Below the pieces are notes generated by a model that made no database searches, was not told where the DNA came from, and saw only the letters and a list, made by a program, of their open reading frames with translations. A stretch of 63,048 nucleotides of DNA, counting the filler, from Octopus bimaculoides (lineage: Eukaryota): the NCBI RefSeq assembly GCF_001194135.2. It is 3 parts of 3 records of this genome, joined end to end, with 100 filler letters (N's around TTAATTAATTAA, not from the genome) between each part and the next. Parts side by side here need not be neighbours in the genome. Positions count along the whole stretch, not along the records: positions 1 to 20,967 come from NC_069005.1; 2 more parts are not named here. One strand, written 5' to 3'. Positions 1 through 10,330 of the stretch are shown piece after piece (the stretch's first letter is position 1; every line of letters starts with the position of its first letter). The translations under genes and the position numbers were made by a program.

Positions 1-182
1 ATTTGACTTCTTTTTCTAGCAGGTTACATAGCAGGACTGTCCAATAACTGGGTTTTGTTTCTTCCGTTATCTTTCCGGTAGATGTTGTCACGGGGTGGAT
101 ATACCTATACAAGTGCGCCTCACACCGACTTTTGTTTCCTCAAAACTTTCAGAAAAATTGATATTTCGAATGAAATTTTCTA

Positions 183-337
183 CAGGTGTGGCTGTAGGGT
201 AAGGGGTTTGCTTCTCAACCATATGGTTCCCAGTTCAGTCCCACTACGTGGCACTTTGGGCAAGTGTCTTCTACTATAGCCTAGCCTTGGGCTGACTAAA
301 GCCTTGTGAGTGGACGGAAACCGAAAGAAGCCCATCA

Positions 338-368
<31 letters not shown>

Positions 369-552
369 TTGTTTGTTTGCCCCTCACCACCGATTGACAA
401 CCAGTGTTGGTGTATTTACGACCCCATAATTTAGCGCTTCAGCCAAAGACCGATAGAATAGGTACCAGTCTTTACAAAACAGTTATAAATACTGGGATCG
501 ATTAGTTCGACTAAAATCCGTCAAGGCGGTGCCCCTGCATGACCGCAGTCTA
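183..552 (+). mobile_element. tRNA-derived SINE, family 1 (CORE-like, octopus OR-type), diverged copy
   Basis: Head TGTGGCTGT..GGTTCCCAGTTCAGTCCCACT, central GCACTTTGGGCAAGTGTCTTCTACTATAGCC, internal (GT)n, tail GGCGGTGCCCCTGCATGACCGCAGTC; same layout as about 18 other copies in the window. Confidence 0.85.
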
Positions 553-1008
553 ACCCTTTAGATGGTGTTAACTACGATTATATTAGAATTTAATCTTTGT
601 TTTTAAATATGATTTATTAAATTTGAAAACAAATTACGAATGTGATATTGCATGAAGAGAATTATGGCGAAGGTAAAGAACACACACACACACACACACC
701 TGGTGTTTAGGGTTAGGGTTTAGGATTAAGGTTACGCCGAAAACTGGTGGTGTGCATACTCTTTACCTCTGCTGAGAATTATGATGAAGAAAATTTACTA
801 TCTTTCTTGGATATACAAAGCTCACTGAATCCAGAATATACACTTCTAATAAATGGCAATCAGTAGCAATGAGGAAAATTATATTTAAAGTTAATAATTA
901 AGAAAATCAAGGGAGACAACTCCTGAATTTCAATTCATTAAACCCTTTGCCTAACCTGTGTATGGTGTGATAGATTCCCAGCGCAAGCTAGCGAGGCTGA
1001 ACTGAGAG

Positions 1009-1260
1009 GACGATAAAAAGCCTGACGGTTTGACAATCTTCCCGTTCCGTGGTAGCAGGCCCCCTTATCTGGGATGTCACATATTGTGAGACCTCCAGCA
1101 GCAACTACCAGCCCAGGCTCCGCTGCTCGTCAGGCTGAAGAAAGGAAACTGTCAAAGTATCGATCGCTCTCTGACAGGTTTGTGGTTGAGCCTGTGGCAG
1201 TGGAGACCTCCGGTGTTCTCGGCCTCCGGACCATATCCCTGCTCAACGCTATCGGGGTGG
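1009..1260 (+). mobile_element. Relic of the restriction-like endonuclease (RLE) domain of a CRE-clade non-LTR retrotransposon
   Basis: Across two frameshifts reads DDKKPDGLTIFPFRGSRP / LIWDVT / SPGSAARQAEERKLSKYRSLSDRFVVEPVAVETSGVLG, matching the RPDG..WDVT..K..KY..PVAVET pattern of CRE RLE domains. Confidence 0.75.
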
Positions 1261-1420
1261 AGGTGGTTATCTTCAAGTGCGACCAACACTGCTTGTCAAG
1301 CAGTGGTGGTGGGACAAACACTGACACAAAGACACACACACACAAATATATATATATACGACGAGCTTCTTTCAGTTTCCGTCTACCAAATCCCACACAA
1401 TGCTTTGGTCAGCCCGAGTA

Positions 1421-2170
1421 GGCACTGTCATGGTATTAGCTGTCAGAATTGAAAGTAGAACTGACAAGGAACGTTACTGCTGGTTTGGGTTGATTCTTTG
1501 GCTACTGACTAGCCGGAGCTATCTATCTGTCTGTCTGTCTATCTCACTATCTCTCTCTCTATATCTATCTATCTATCTATCACTCGTTCACCTCTGTTTG
1601 TGTCCGTAGAATTTATCAAATTAGAAAACGCAAATTTAATATAAAAATATATTTTCTGANNNNNNNNNNNNNNNNNNNNNNNNNNNNNNNNNNNNNNNNN
1701 NNNNNNNNNNNNNNNNNNNNNNNNNNNNNNNNNNNNNNNNNNNNNNNNNNNNNNNNNNNNNNNNNNNNNNNNNNNNNNNNNNNNNNNNNNNNNNNNNNNN
1801 NNNNNNNNNNNNNNNNNNNNNNNNNNNNNNNNNNNNNNNNNNNNNNNNNNNNNNNNNNNNNNNNNNNNNNNNNNNNNNNNNNNNNNNNNNNNNNNNNNNN
1901 NNNNNNNNNNNNNNNNNNNNNNNNNNNNNNNNNNNNNNNNNNNNNNNNNNNNNNNNNNNNNNNNNNNNNNNNNNNNNNNNATAGGTGTCAAATTTGTTCC
2001 AATAACTTTCGAGTGATAGATAGATAGATAGAGAGAGACAGACAGATAGCTCGCTCCGGCCAGTCATGGTATTAGCTGTCAGTAGGCAAAGAATCAACTC
2101 AAACCAGCAGTAACGTTCCTTGTCAGATTTTTCTACTTTCACTTCTGACAGCTAATACCATGACAGTGCC
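1421..2170. mobile_element. Foldback/MITE-like element with about 170-bp terminal inverted repeats, centre in a gap, inserted into a family-1 SINE
   Basis: 1421-~1590 is the reverse complement of ~2014-2170 (GGCACTGTCATGGTATTAGCTGTCAGAA..CTGACAAGGAACGTTACTGCTGGTTT..); minus-strand SINE sequence stops at 1418 and resumes at 2172. Confidence 0.8.
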
Positions 2171-2442
2171 CAAGCTTCTTATCACACAGCTATGCCTGCG
2201 CCTAGACACAATGTTCTCTGGGACGAAGATTTCTAATCTGGTATAAAACTTCTGGTCACAATCAGGCATTAAGTTTACCAGTTCTCACAGCATGTCTGTA
2301 TTTTTCCTACAAGCATGGCGAATTCTTTCGTTCTTAGAGGTAGAAGTATACAGTTCAATATTTTGTTTTGTTATCAGATAAATTCGTTCACATTTAACCA
2401 TCATTTTGTTATGCTTATTATTTCGATGATAAAAGAACAGCT

Positions 2443-2515
2443 GGTTCCATGGTGTAGTGGTTATCACATCTGCTTAACACGCAGAAGGTCGTGAGTTCGA
2501 AACTCGCTGGAACCT
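2443..2515 (+). tRNA. tRNA-Val (anticodon AAC), possibly variant or pseudogene
   Basis: Full cloverleaf: acceptor GGTTCCA/TGGAACC, anticodon stem TCTGC/GCAGA with loop TTAACAC (AAC at 2476-2478), T arm GTGAG-TTCGAAA-CTCGC; discriminator is T. Confidence 0.9.
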
Positions 2516-2524
2516 CAAATGGCA

Positions 2525-2534
2525 TTTTTTTTTT
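2525..2534 (+). terminator. Pol III terminator (T10) of the tRNA-Val gene
   Basis: Run of 10 T starting 10 nt after the tRNA 3' end. Confidence 0.75.
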
Positions 2535-3360
2535 GTATATGTAGTTGTAAGTGTGGTTAAGAAATTCGCTTCCCAACTGTGTTACATCGAGTTCAGTCTC
2601 AATGGGTATATTCTACTATATCCCAGGACCAGCCAAACTCTTGTGACCATTGCTTGGTTGGTTTGCTTACGTCTCCGTAATCTAGAAGTTTTGGTGAAAG
2701 AGACCCATGGAATAAATACTGGGTTCGATTTTTTCGACTTGTAGTAACGCCGTGCGCATGCGTAGTCTCACGCATGCGTGGAATTAAACAAGCAAGCGTT
2801 CCCGCTCAATTCATTCTCTTTCTTGCTGGCCAGCAATAGAGCATGGACGTGTCAAGCAGTGTCTCTGACATTCCAACCTGGAGACAGTCTCTGTACGTGT
2901 ATAGCTGTCACTCTCCATCTTTCGGACTTACACTCGACAGCTCGCTCACATCTACATAACAACGTCCCAACAACTATGCTCACACACATAGAAGCTGTAA
3001 CAACAAGAGCTAAAGATGTNNNNNNNNNNACATTCCAACCTGGAGACAGTCTCTGTACGTGTATAGCTGTCACTCTCCATCTTTCGGACTTACACTCGAC
3101 AGCTCGCTCACATCTACATAACAACGTCCCAACAACTATGCTCACACACATAGAAGCTGTAACAACAAGAGCTAAAGATGTATATTTTCGCCACCTAAAT
3201 AAAATGTTGTTTAAGTTGATAGTCCGGAGTTCAGCGTTCCGTTATATTTCTTAATTTTATATAGGAAAGTCAGGTATACATCTAATGATGTATAACCAAC
3301 TTTCCTATAGACTGAATCCCTACAAGGCGGTGTCCCAGCATGGCCGTAGAGAAATCGGTT

Positions 3361-3499
3361 AATAATATGTTCTCTTGCATTGTTTACAACTTCTTACCAA
3401 CTGGTTTGTTAATGCCTTGACAGTAGGAATCACTCGGTCTTGAAATGTAAAATTCATCGACCCACGTCTTCAGATCCGCGTCGTTTAGTAGTTTTTTCG

Positions 3500-3500
<1 letters not shown>
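3361..3500 (-). mobile_element. Mariner transposase C-terminal relic
   Basis: SKKLLNDADLKTWVDEFYISRPSDSYCQGINK, then after a frameshift W*EVVNNAREHII; resembles the mariner C-terminus pattern LKTWLDEFFASKP..FY..GI..L..RW..VV.N.GEYII. Confidence 0.75.
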
Positions 3501-3546
<46 letters not shown>

Positions 3547-5121
3547 AATCGTTTAACTTTCGTTTTCCATGGTAGCATAGATTAGACGATTCGACAGCAA
3601 CCGGCGAGCCAAACGACTGCATCTCGCCCTAATGTCTACTTTGGAATGGTTTCTACGGCTGGCTGCCCTTTCTAACGTCAATCACTTTACAGAATATACT
3701 GGGAACCTTTTGAGTGACACCAACATTGGTGAGGTTACCAAGTAGCTCGCAAGATATACCCTTCGATTCAGGGTGTTCTGGTATTAAGGGAGATGAGTTT
3801 GTGCCAGATGACGAGAGGTTAAAGCGTGATAGAGGGACAGGAACAGGTGTCTTGCTGTAGAAGAGATACACGGCTACCCTAGTTAGAACAGTAAGATGGT
3901 AGTGAAAATGTGTCAAGGTGTATTCCTCATGGTACAGGAAGATGAATATAAGAATAGTACAGAGGACTGAACAGGCTGAGTGGGTAGATATGTTCGCAGG
4001 AGCGTGAAAGGAGAGTGGCTGAGAAACAAAGAGATAAGGACAGAGGTGAGTGTAGTGAATGGCGAACACGGACAGAGGCGTGGTCAATCATGAACTTCAG
4101 CTGAGAGGGAAGTGGAAGAGATGAGGATGGGTCAGAGAGGTAATAGGTAGCAACACAGATAATGTGAAACGTGTGTGGGTAAATTGCGAGCGTGATGCAC
4201 AGTGTCAGGGAAAATGTCAGAGGTACACAGGGGGTATGTATGTAAATAGAAACAGACACACACACACACACGGCTGGTTTCCCAAGAGGGTGAAGAACAT
4301 CATTTTAACACCAGGAACGAATTGCAAGTTACATTTGTGCTGAGTTAGATAATGATGGTTTAACTTTACAAAATAATAGATATGTGCCTTGTGTTGAATT
4401 ACTGTTTACGTATTAAGTTTTAAAACGTTTTTGTTTGTTTTTATGTATGTGTGAAAACTACTAGTTGTGAAATGAAAGCAATTCGGTATACGTTGGAAGA
4501 ATGACGAAACAAGACATACCGCCGCATATGCCCACACCCCCGACCACCAAATTCATTGTCTCATAACTTCCAGAAAAATAGGTATTTTTTAATGAAATGT
4601 TCTACAAATACGCTTCAGATGGTGTAGATTCTGATTATACCGGAATATCTAGGTAAAAAAGATTTCCGATGGTGGGGTGAGGCGTTTCGGAAAATTCCCA
4701 CGAAATGGTTTTCTTTATTCATAACTTTCAGAAAAACGGGTAATTTTTTTTTTTTTTGTGAAATTTTCTATAAATAACTTTCAGAGTGTGTAGATTACGA
4801 ATATATCGAAATTTAACATGAAGAAAAGGAAAAAATTGATGTGCTCGTACACATACATAATGACACACATCACATATATCTACAAAATAAAACCTGAAAT
4901 TTCGAAAGAAATTTTGACGTGTGTCAGTATGTGTGCATGCTCACCATTTTTCGGTGGAGATGGAGTATATGTAATCTGGGTATACCCCTCCTTTTAAATT
5001 TTGTTTTTTTTTACGGAATCCTATGTTTCAGACCATGGAGAATCCGATTCTGGAAAAATTTTTTTCGAAAATCTCAATTTCAAAATTTCGACCCCCCGGT
5101 TTTTATATAGATCCACAGGGT

Positions 5122-5214
5122 AAACCTAACCCTAACCCTGACCGTAACCCTGACCCTAACCCTAACCCTAAGCCTGACCCTAACCCTAACCCTAACCCTA
5201 AACCTAACCCTAAC
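5122..5214. repeat. Degenerate interstitial (CCCTAA)n telomere-like tract
   Basis: About 15 units of CCCTAA with CCCTGA, CCGTAA and AACCTAA variants; a shorter TTAGGG-like tract lies at 706-734. Confidence 0.85.
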
Positions 5215-5509
5215 ACTAGTTTTGTGAGATTTGGCTGTTATTTCTAGNNNNNNNNNNNNNNNNNNNNNNNNNNNNNNNNNNNNNNNNNNNNNNNNNNNNN
5301 NNNNNNNNNNNNNNNNNNNNNNNNNNNNNAGTAATTTGCAAACTCTGAAAAGTATTTGTTGAAAAATTCATTAAAATATCCATTTTTCGGAAAGTTATGA
5401 GGAAACAAATCAGGGGGCAGTCATGTGTAGGAATGCCCTTCTTCCATCTACCAAATCCACTGAAGGCCGAGGCTAGTAGAAGACACTTGCCAAAGGTGAC
5501 ACAAGCGTT

Positions 5510-5748
5510 GGCTGTGTGGTAAGTAGCTTGCTTACCAACCACATGGTTCTGGGTTCAGTCCCACTGCGTAACACCTTGGGCAAGTGTCTTCTACTATAGC
5601 CTCTGGCCGACCAAAGCCTTGTGAGTAGATTTGGGTGACGGAAACTGAAAGAAGCCCGTCGTATATATATGTGTGTGTGTGTCTGTATTTGTCCCTCCCC
5701 CATCATCGCTTGACAACCGATGTTGGTGTGTTTACGTCCCGTAACTTA
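5510..5748 (+). mobile_element. Family-1 SINE (3'-truncated), head-to-head with an inverted fragment at 5440-5500
   Basis: GGCTGTGTGGTAAGTAGCTTGCTTACCAACCACATGGTTCTGGGTTCAGTCCCACTG..CACCTTGGGCAAGTGTCTTCTACTA. Confidence 0.9.
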
Positions 5749-6068
5749 AATATAGTTGTAAGGTAAACTATTTGTGAAATTGAGAAATTAGAAAAAAATA
5801 TATATCCTTCAATTCCATCATTTTAAGGGGTTTTTAAAAAAAATTTTTAGTGACTTCGACAGCAGTCACTGAAATCTGTGCCCGTAAGTGAAGAGTTCCA
5901 TAGCCCAGAGTATAAGCGGTCACTCGACGTACTAGAAATAGCAGTCAAATTTTTTTTCTCAAATCCCAAGTAATTGTTTGACATAAAAATGGAGAAGCTC
6001 ACAGATCATAGATCCGCTGGCTTATGGCTGCCCTGGGATTAAAACTACGACACAAACACACGTACTCA

Positions 6069-6094
6069 CACTAAATATATCCCACATAAACAAC

Positions 6095-6159
<65 letters not shown>

Positions 6160-6344
6160 TAAACGTAACGCACATAAACAACCACACACACACACTCACA
6201 CGTATATATACACTAAACTTAACGCACATAAACAACCACACACACACATACACACATATATATATACACACTAAGCGTAACGCACATAAACAAGCCAACA
6301 CACACATACACTAAACGTAACGCAGACAGACAAGCCAACGCACA

Positions 6345-6376
<32 letters not shown>
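6069..6376. repeat. Compound minisatellite directly upstream of CTR9
   Basis: Five to six units of CACTAAACGTAACGCACATAAACAACC separated by variable (CA)n/(TA)n. Confidence 0.85.
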
Positions 6377-6379
<3 letters not shown>

Positions 6380-6392
6380 GTCTATCAGATAC

Positions 6393-6402
6393 GTCACGTG
6401 AC
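6393..6402. promoter_or_regulatory. Palindromic extended E-box GTCACGTGAC (USF/MiT-TFE type) in the CTR9 proximal promoter region
   Basis: Perfect 10-bp palindrome ending 66 nt upstream of the CTR9 ATG; function is inferred. Confidence 0.5.
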
Positions 6403-6467
6403 CGTTTCTATTTTCTCGTCTTCCTAGCGTGAAGAGCTCAATAGTATTCATTGTCCGATCATTAAGC

Positions 6468-6512
6468 ATGTCGGCCGGATCTATCGAGATTCCTCTCCGT
6501 GATACGGACGAG
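6468..6512 (+). CDS. CTR9: CTR9 (PAF1 complex TPR subunit) coding exon 1
   Basis: MSAGSIEIPLRDTDE, nearly identical to the vertebrate CTR9 N-terminus MSRGSIEIPLRDTDE; donor GTAAGG at 6513. Confidence 0.97.
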
Positions 6513-7943
6513 GTAAGGACCCATTTCTGTTATTGTTTGGTCAAAATAATTATCACTATCTAATTGATATTTTCAATGAGACTTTTATAACTCAACATGT
6601 CGTCTTTTTTTTTTTACCAAGATGAGGGTCATTAACCACCTCTTCCTTCCTTTTTTTTGGGATGCGATGTTTTAAAAACTCGACTAGTAAATCTGTATTC
6701 CTCTCCTTCTTAAACCACATGGCCTATATCTAGTTCCACAGACATACATATTCTATATATGTTTATATATATGTAAATAAATACATCTATGGCAATATAT
6801 GTGTATCTGTTCTTGTGTATTTATGCATAAAATGATTGTATAGTTCGTAATTTGAGTTGTGTAGACGAAAATATCAAATTCTTCCTATTCACTTTCACCT
6901 GTAATAATCTTGGTAATATTTATTAAAATATATATCAATTGCCCTTTTATCTCACATCTACAACCTGGTTACTGACGCTATTACACGTGTGTGAAATTAG
7001 ATTCATGAACGTACTTTCCATGACTAGTTAGTTGTATGTATTGTTCCCATTAAAACAAAATAATAAAGTAAATATAACATTGTATTTAAAATGTCGATAA
7101 TGAAATACGTAGGCTTGACAGGTGAACTTATCTGAGATTGCGTGTCCCAACACACTTCACTTGCCAAACATGTACATTTATACTTAGATTGCACCAGCGG
7201 AAGTCTAGTTTCTTTCAATTCAACCAATATTCCTAATTATCTTTCATGTTTACTGTTAATTTCATGTTTAAGGATTGGAATTAACTTTCTAAAACTCTTG
7301 CATTTGTATTTAAACTGGTGCAATAGTGCGCGCACGCTCACACATACACAATCCACTTTTTTTGTGTGTTTTTGTTATCTCTAATGGCGCTGTAGATGTA
7401 AACATTTTCCCCTTTACGTTTTCGCTTCAAATCCAGCCGACATCGACATTGTCTTTCATTCTTCAAGAGAACCATAACGTAACTACCAGTTGAAATTCAT
7501 CGATGTACTCCCACCCGACATAGAATTCTGTCCTTTTTATCTATATAAGAAACCATTGAACAGGGTGGTGAATTTGGCAGAATCGTTTGCAGCGCCAAAC
7601 AAAATGCTGTGCGGCATTTAGTCACAACCCTTTACGTTGCGAGTTCAACTCCCAACGCGGTCAACTGTGCCTTTCGTCTCTCCGGGGTGATAAAGTACCA
7701 CTCAAGTACTGGGATCGATTAACACCAACCTCCCAAATTTCCGGCTTTATGCCCCTATATTAGAAACGATTATTATCGTTATTATTTAGAGGAGGGAAGG
7801 CCAGTAGATAAAGCTATTTCCTTTGGATTATCAGAGAAAACTAGGTGAAATTAATGCGTTTAATGTTCAGTTTCAATTCTGACAAGTTGCTGGTCATGGG
7901 AGAAGGTTAACGTGGGGAAGGCGTGAGATTTCCTGGTCTAGAG

Positions 7944-8186
7944 CAAGGGTTCTCAACCAATATTTTATCTATGGACCCCTTTCATTGCTATTTTATTCTG
8001 GTGGCCCCCATAGCTATTCGATGTTTAAAATTCCTATTTTGGTTTTCACATTAACTTAGAACCTATCTGTTTCTTGTAATACAACATACCAATGCATACA
8101 TCTAAATCAACATTTTTTCAGGGGCCCTTATAATACTATTGTGGATTCCCCCAAAATCTTATATGGACCCTGGTTGAGAACCACTA
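7944..8186. mobile_element. hAT-type MITE
   Basis: TIRs CAAGGGTTCTCAACC / GGTTGAGAACCACTA; 8-bp TSD-like flanks GTCTAGAG / TTTTAGAG fit the NTCTAGAN preference of Charlie/Buster-type hATs. Confidence 0.8.
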
Positions 8187-8479
8187 TTTTAGAGGGCGGA
8201 CTAGTCCTAATTCTAATCCTAAACTTAGCCTGGATCAGATCATTTCACTACATAGACTTATGGATACTACTGTATACCGTACACTAAAGTAGTACCGATT
8301 AGACATGTTTTCATGATTTGTGCTTGACATTATTACATAAATATTAAAAAAATAGTTCACTGTAAAAATAGAATTATTCTGTTGTCATAGCTGACACCAT
8401 TCGTTTGCAATGTCTCTGTTTTCAAGCATGAAATAAAGTTTGAAATTCTGTTTTTGCCTAGCAGCAATTGAAATGAAAA

Positions 8480-9036
8480 TCAATAACGGATCATTTCCAA
8501 AAAATGTGGCTGGCACAAGTGAATCCAAAGAACCATTTTTAGCTGAAACACCAGTATTAATAAGTGGTTGTAACACCTGCGAGAGGAAGTTTGATAGCCT
8601 AGAGTTGCTGGAGATATTCGCCCCACAAACTGACCTGGTTTGAGGCCCCATAATAGGGTTTATGGTCCTTCTGTAACCCATACACCATAGGAGCATCACT
8701 GTTGAATACTTGGAAATTTTGTGCTGTTTTTTTGGGGTTGGAGGAGAATGTTGCACCACATTCCCATTTGTGCATTGAGAAGTTTTTTTCTACTTTTTCA
8801 TGTTCCTGTGATGTAACCCCTCTCATGCTACCAGTATGATGTTGCATGGTCTGGACATAGTTCTGTGAGCTATCTACTGACATTCTTCTAAACTTGTTCG
8901 TAGGAAGGCACACTAATTCCTTGTCCCTAATTCGCTGTTTCAGTTTTTCTAGGCCATTGGTGACTATTGAGCTGAGTTGGTGGGTTTCCCCCTCATGTTT
9001 TCTACTGGTTTTGTTGTATTGGTCCAAAATGAGTCT
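8480..9036 (-). mobile_element. Penelope-like element (PLE) reverse transcriptase N-terminal relic in CTR9 intron 1
   Basis: ELVCLPTNKFRRMSVDS, PMVYGLQKDHKP and (frameshift) TRSVCGANISSNSRLSNFLSQVLQPL resemble the PLE RT motifs LP.DK, LYGL.K.HK and RP........LS..L..IL.PL. Confidence 0.65.
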
Positions 9037-9072
9037 AGAATGTCAGTAGATAGCCCACAGAAAGTTGGCATA

Positions 9073-9315
9073 AACATGCCAGCACTGGTTGTCAAGTGGT
9101 GGTGGGGGGCAAACACTGACACTACGATACACACACTGATACTAGGTAAATGTACAAAGGGTTTCTCTCAGTTTCCATCTACCAAATCCACTCACAAGGC
9201 TTTGGTCGGCCGGTAACTATAATAGGAGACACTTGCCCAAGGTCCCACGCAGAGGGACTGAACCCGGAACCATGTGGTTGGGAATCAAGCTTCTTACCAC
9301 AGCCATGCTTGCACC
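9073..9315 (-). mobile_element. Family-1 SINE
   Basis: Reverse complement of the family-1 head and CORE-like domain. Confidence 0.85.
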
Positions 9316-9358
<43 letters not shown>

Positions 9359-9363
<5 letters not shown>

Positions 9364-9463
9364 CCTGGTGTAGCCATCTGGTTCACCAGTCCTCAGTCAA
9401 ATCGTCCAACCCATGCTAGCATGGAAAGCGGACATTAAACGATGATAATGATGATGATGATGA
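9359..9463 (+). mobile_element. 3' end of an RTE-tail non-autonomous retroposon (family 3)
   Basis: CCAGTCCTCAGTCAAATCGTCCAACCCATGCTAGCATGGAAAGCGGACATTAAAC followed by a (GAT)n tail. Confidence 0.8.
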
Positions 9464-9842
9464 TATATATATATATATATATATATAAACAAACTATCAT
9501 ACTTGCTTCTACGCAAGATTAAATCAAAACTCATGATTTCATAACATTGAGTCATGATTAGCTAAGCAAAACCTGCCGACATTGTAATGGATTAAATAAT
9601 CTTTATCTACACAAACAAGATTTCTGTACTCTTTCACCTTAAATCTTATTATATATGTATATATTATGATAAACACAAGTTTATATAATTTGTTTCCTAT
9701 GTATGTTTCACCACTGTGGTTATTTGGAACCACTGCGTTGTATGTCCCAAGTGCAATTGAATGCTTAACCACAACATTTGACACAGAAGTTCCAGACAAC
9801 CTCAATGGTGAAACACAATTGGAAACAAATGATCTAAACTGA

Positions 9843-10330
9843 TCATCATCATCATCGTTGTCGTTTAACGTCCGCTTTCCATGCTAGCATGGGTTGGACG
9901 ATTTGACTGAGGACTGGTGAAACCAGATGGCTACACCAGGCACCAATCTGATTTGGCAGAGTTTCTACAGCTGGATGCCCTTCCTAACGCCAACCACTCT
10001 GAGAGTGTAGAGGGTGCTTTTACGTGCCACCGGCACAAAAGCCAGTCAGGCGGTACTGGCAACGACCACGCTCAAAATGGTGTATTTCATGTGCCACCTG
10101 CACAAGAGCCAGTCCAGGGGCACTGGCAACGATCTCGCTCGAAAGTCCTTATACATGCCGTGGGCACAAGTGCCAGAAAGGCAACGCTGGGCACAAGTGC
10201 TAGAAAGGCGACGCTGGGCACAGGTGCCATCACAATTTCGCTTTCGCTTGCCCCAATAAGTCTTCGCAAGCTGAGTTTTGTGTCCAATGAGGGAGACAAC
10301 GTTGGCATGGATGCCAGTCATCGAATTTAA
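9843..10330 (-). mobile_element. Long family-3 (RTE-tail) retroposon copy with an internal 27-bp tandem repeat
   Basis: Same 3' end as 9359-9463; body CTGGATGCCCTTCCTAACGCCAACCACT shared with 20165-20462; GGGCACAAGTGC(C/T)AGAAAGGC(A/G)ACGCT repeated about 2.5 times at ~10161-10225. Confidence 0.8.

Noticed and set aside
2868-3181. Perfect 152-bp tandem duplication giving a repeated 158-aa ORF
   Set aside because: The two identical copies flank a 10-N gap, the signature of an unmerged contig overlap
5122-5214. Chromosome end or telomere fusion site
   Set aside because: Short, degenerate, single orientation and embedded in a probable DNA element
9905-9930. CTGAGGA..GAAA in the family-3 tail as a hammerhead
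   Set aside because: GAAA lies in the loop of CTGG/CCAG; there is no stem II between the core strands and no stem I
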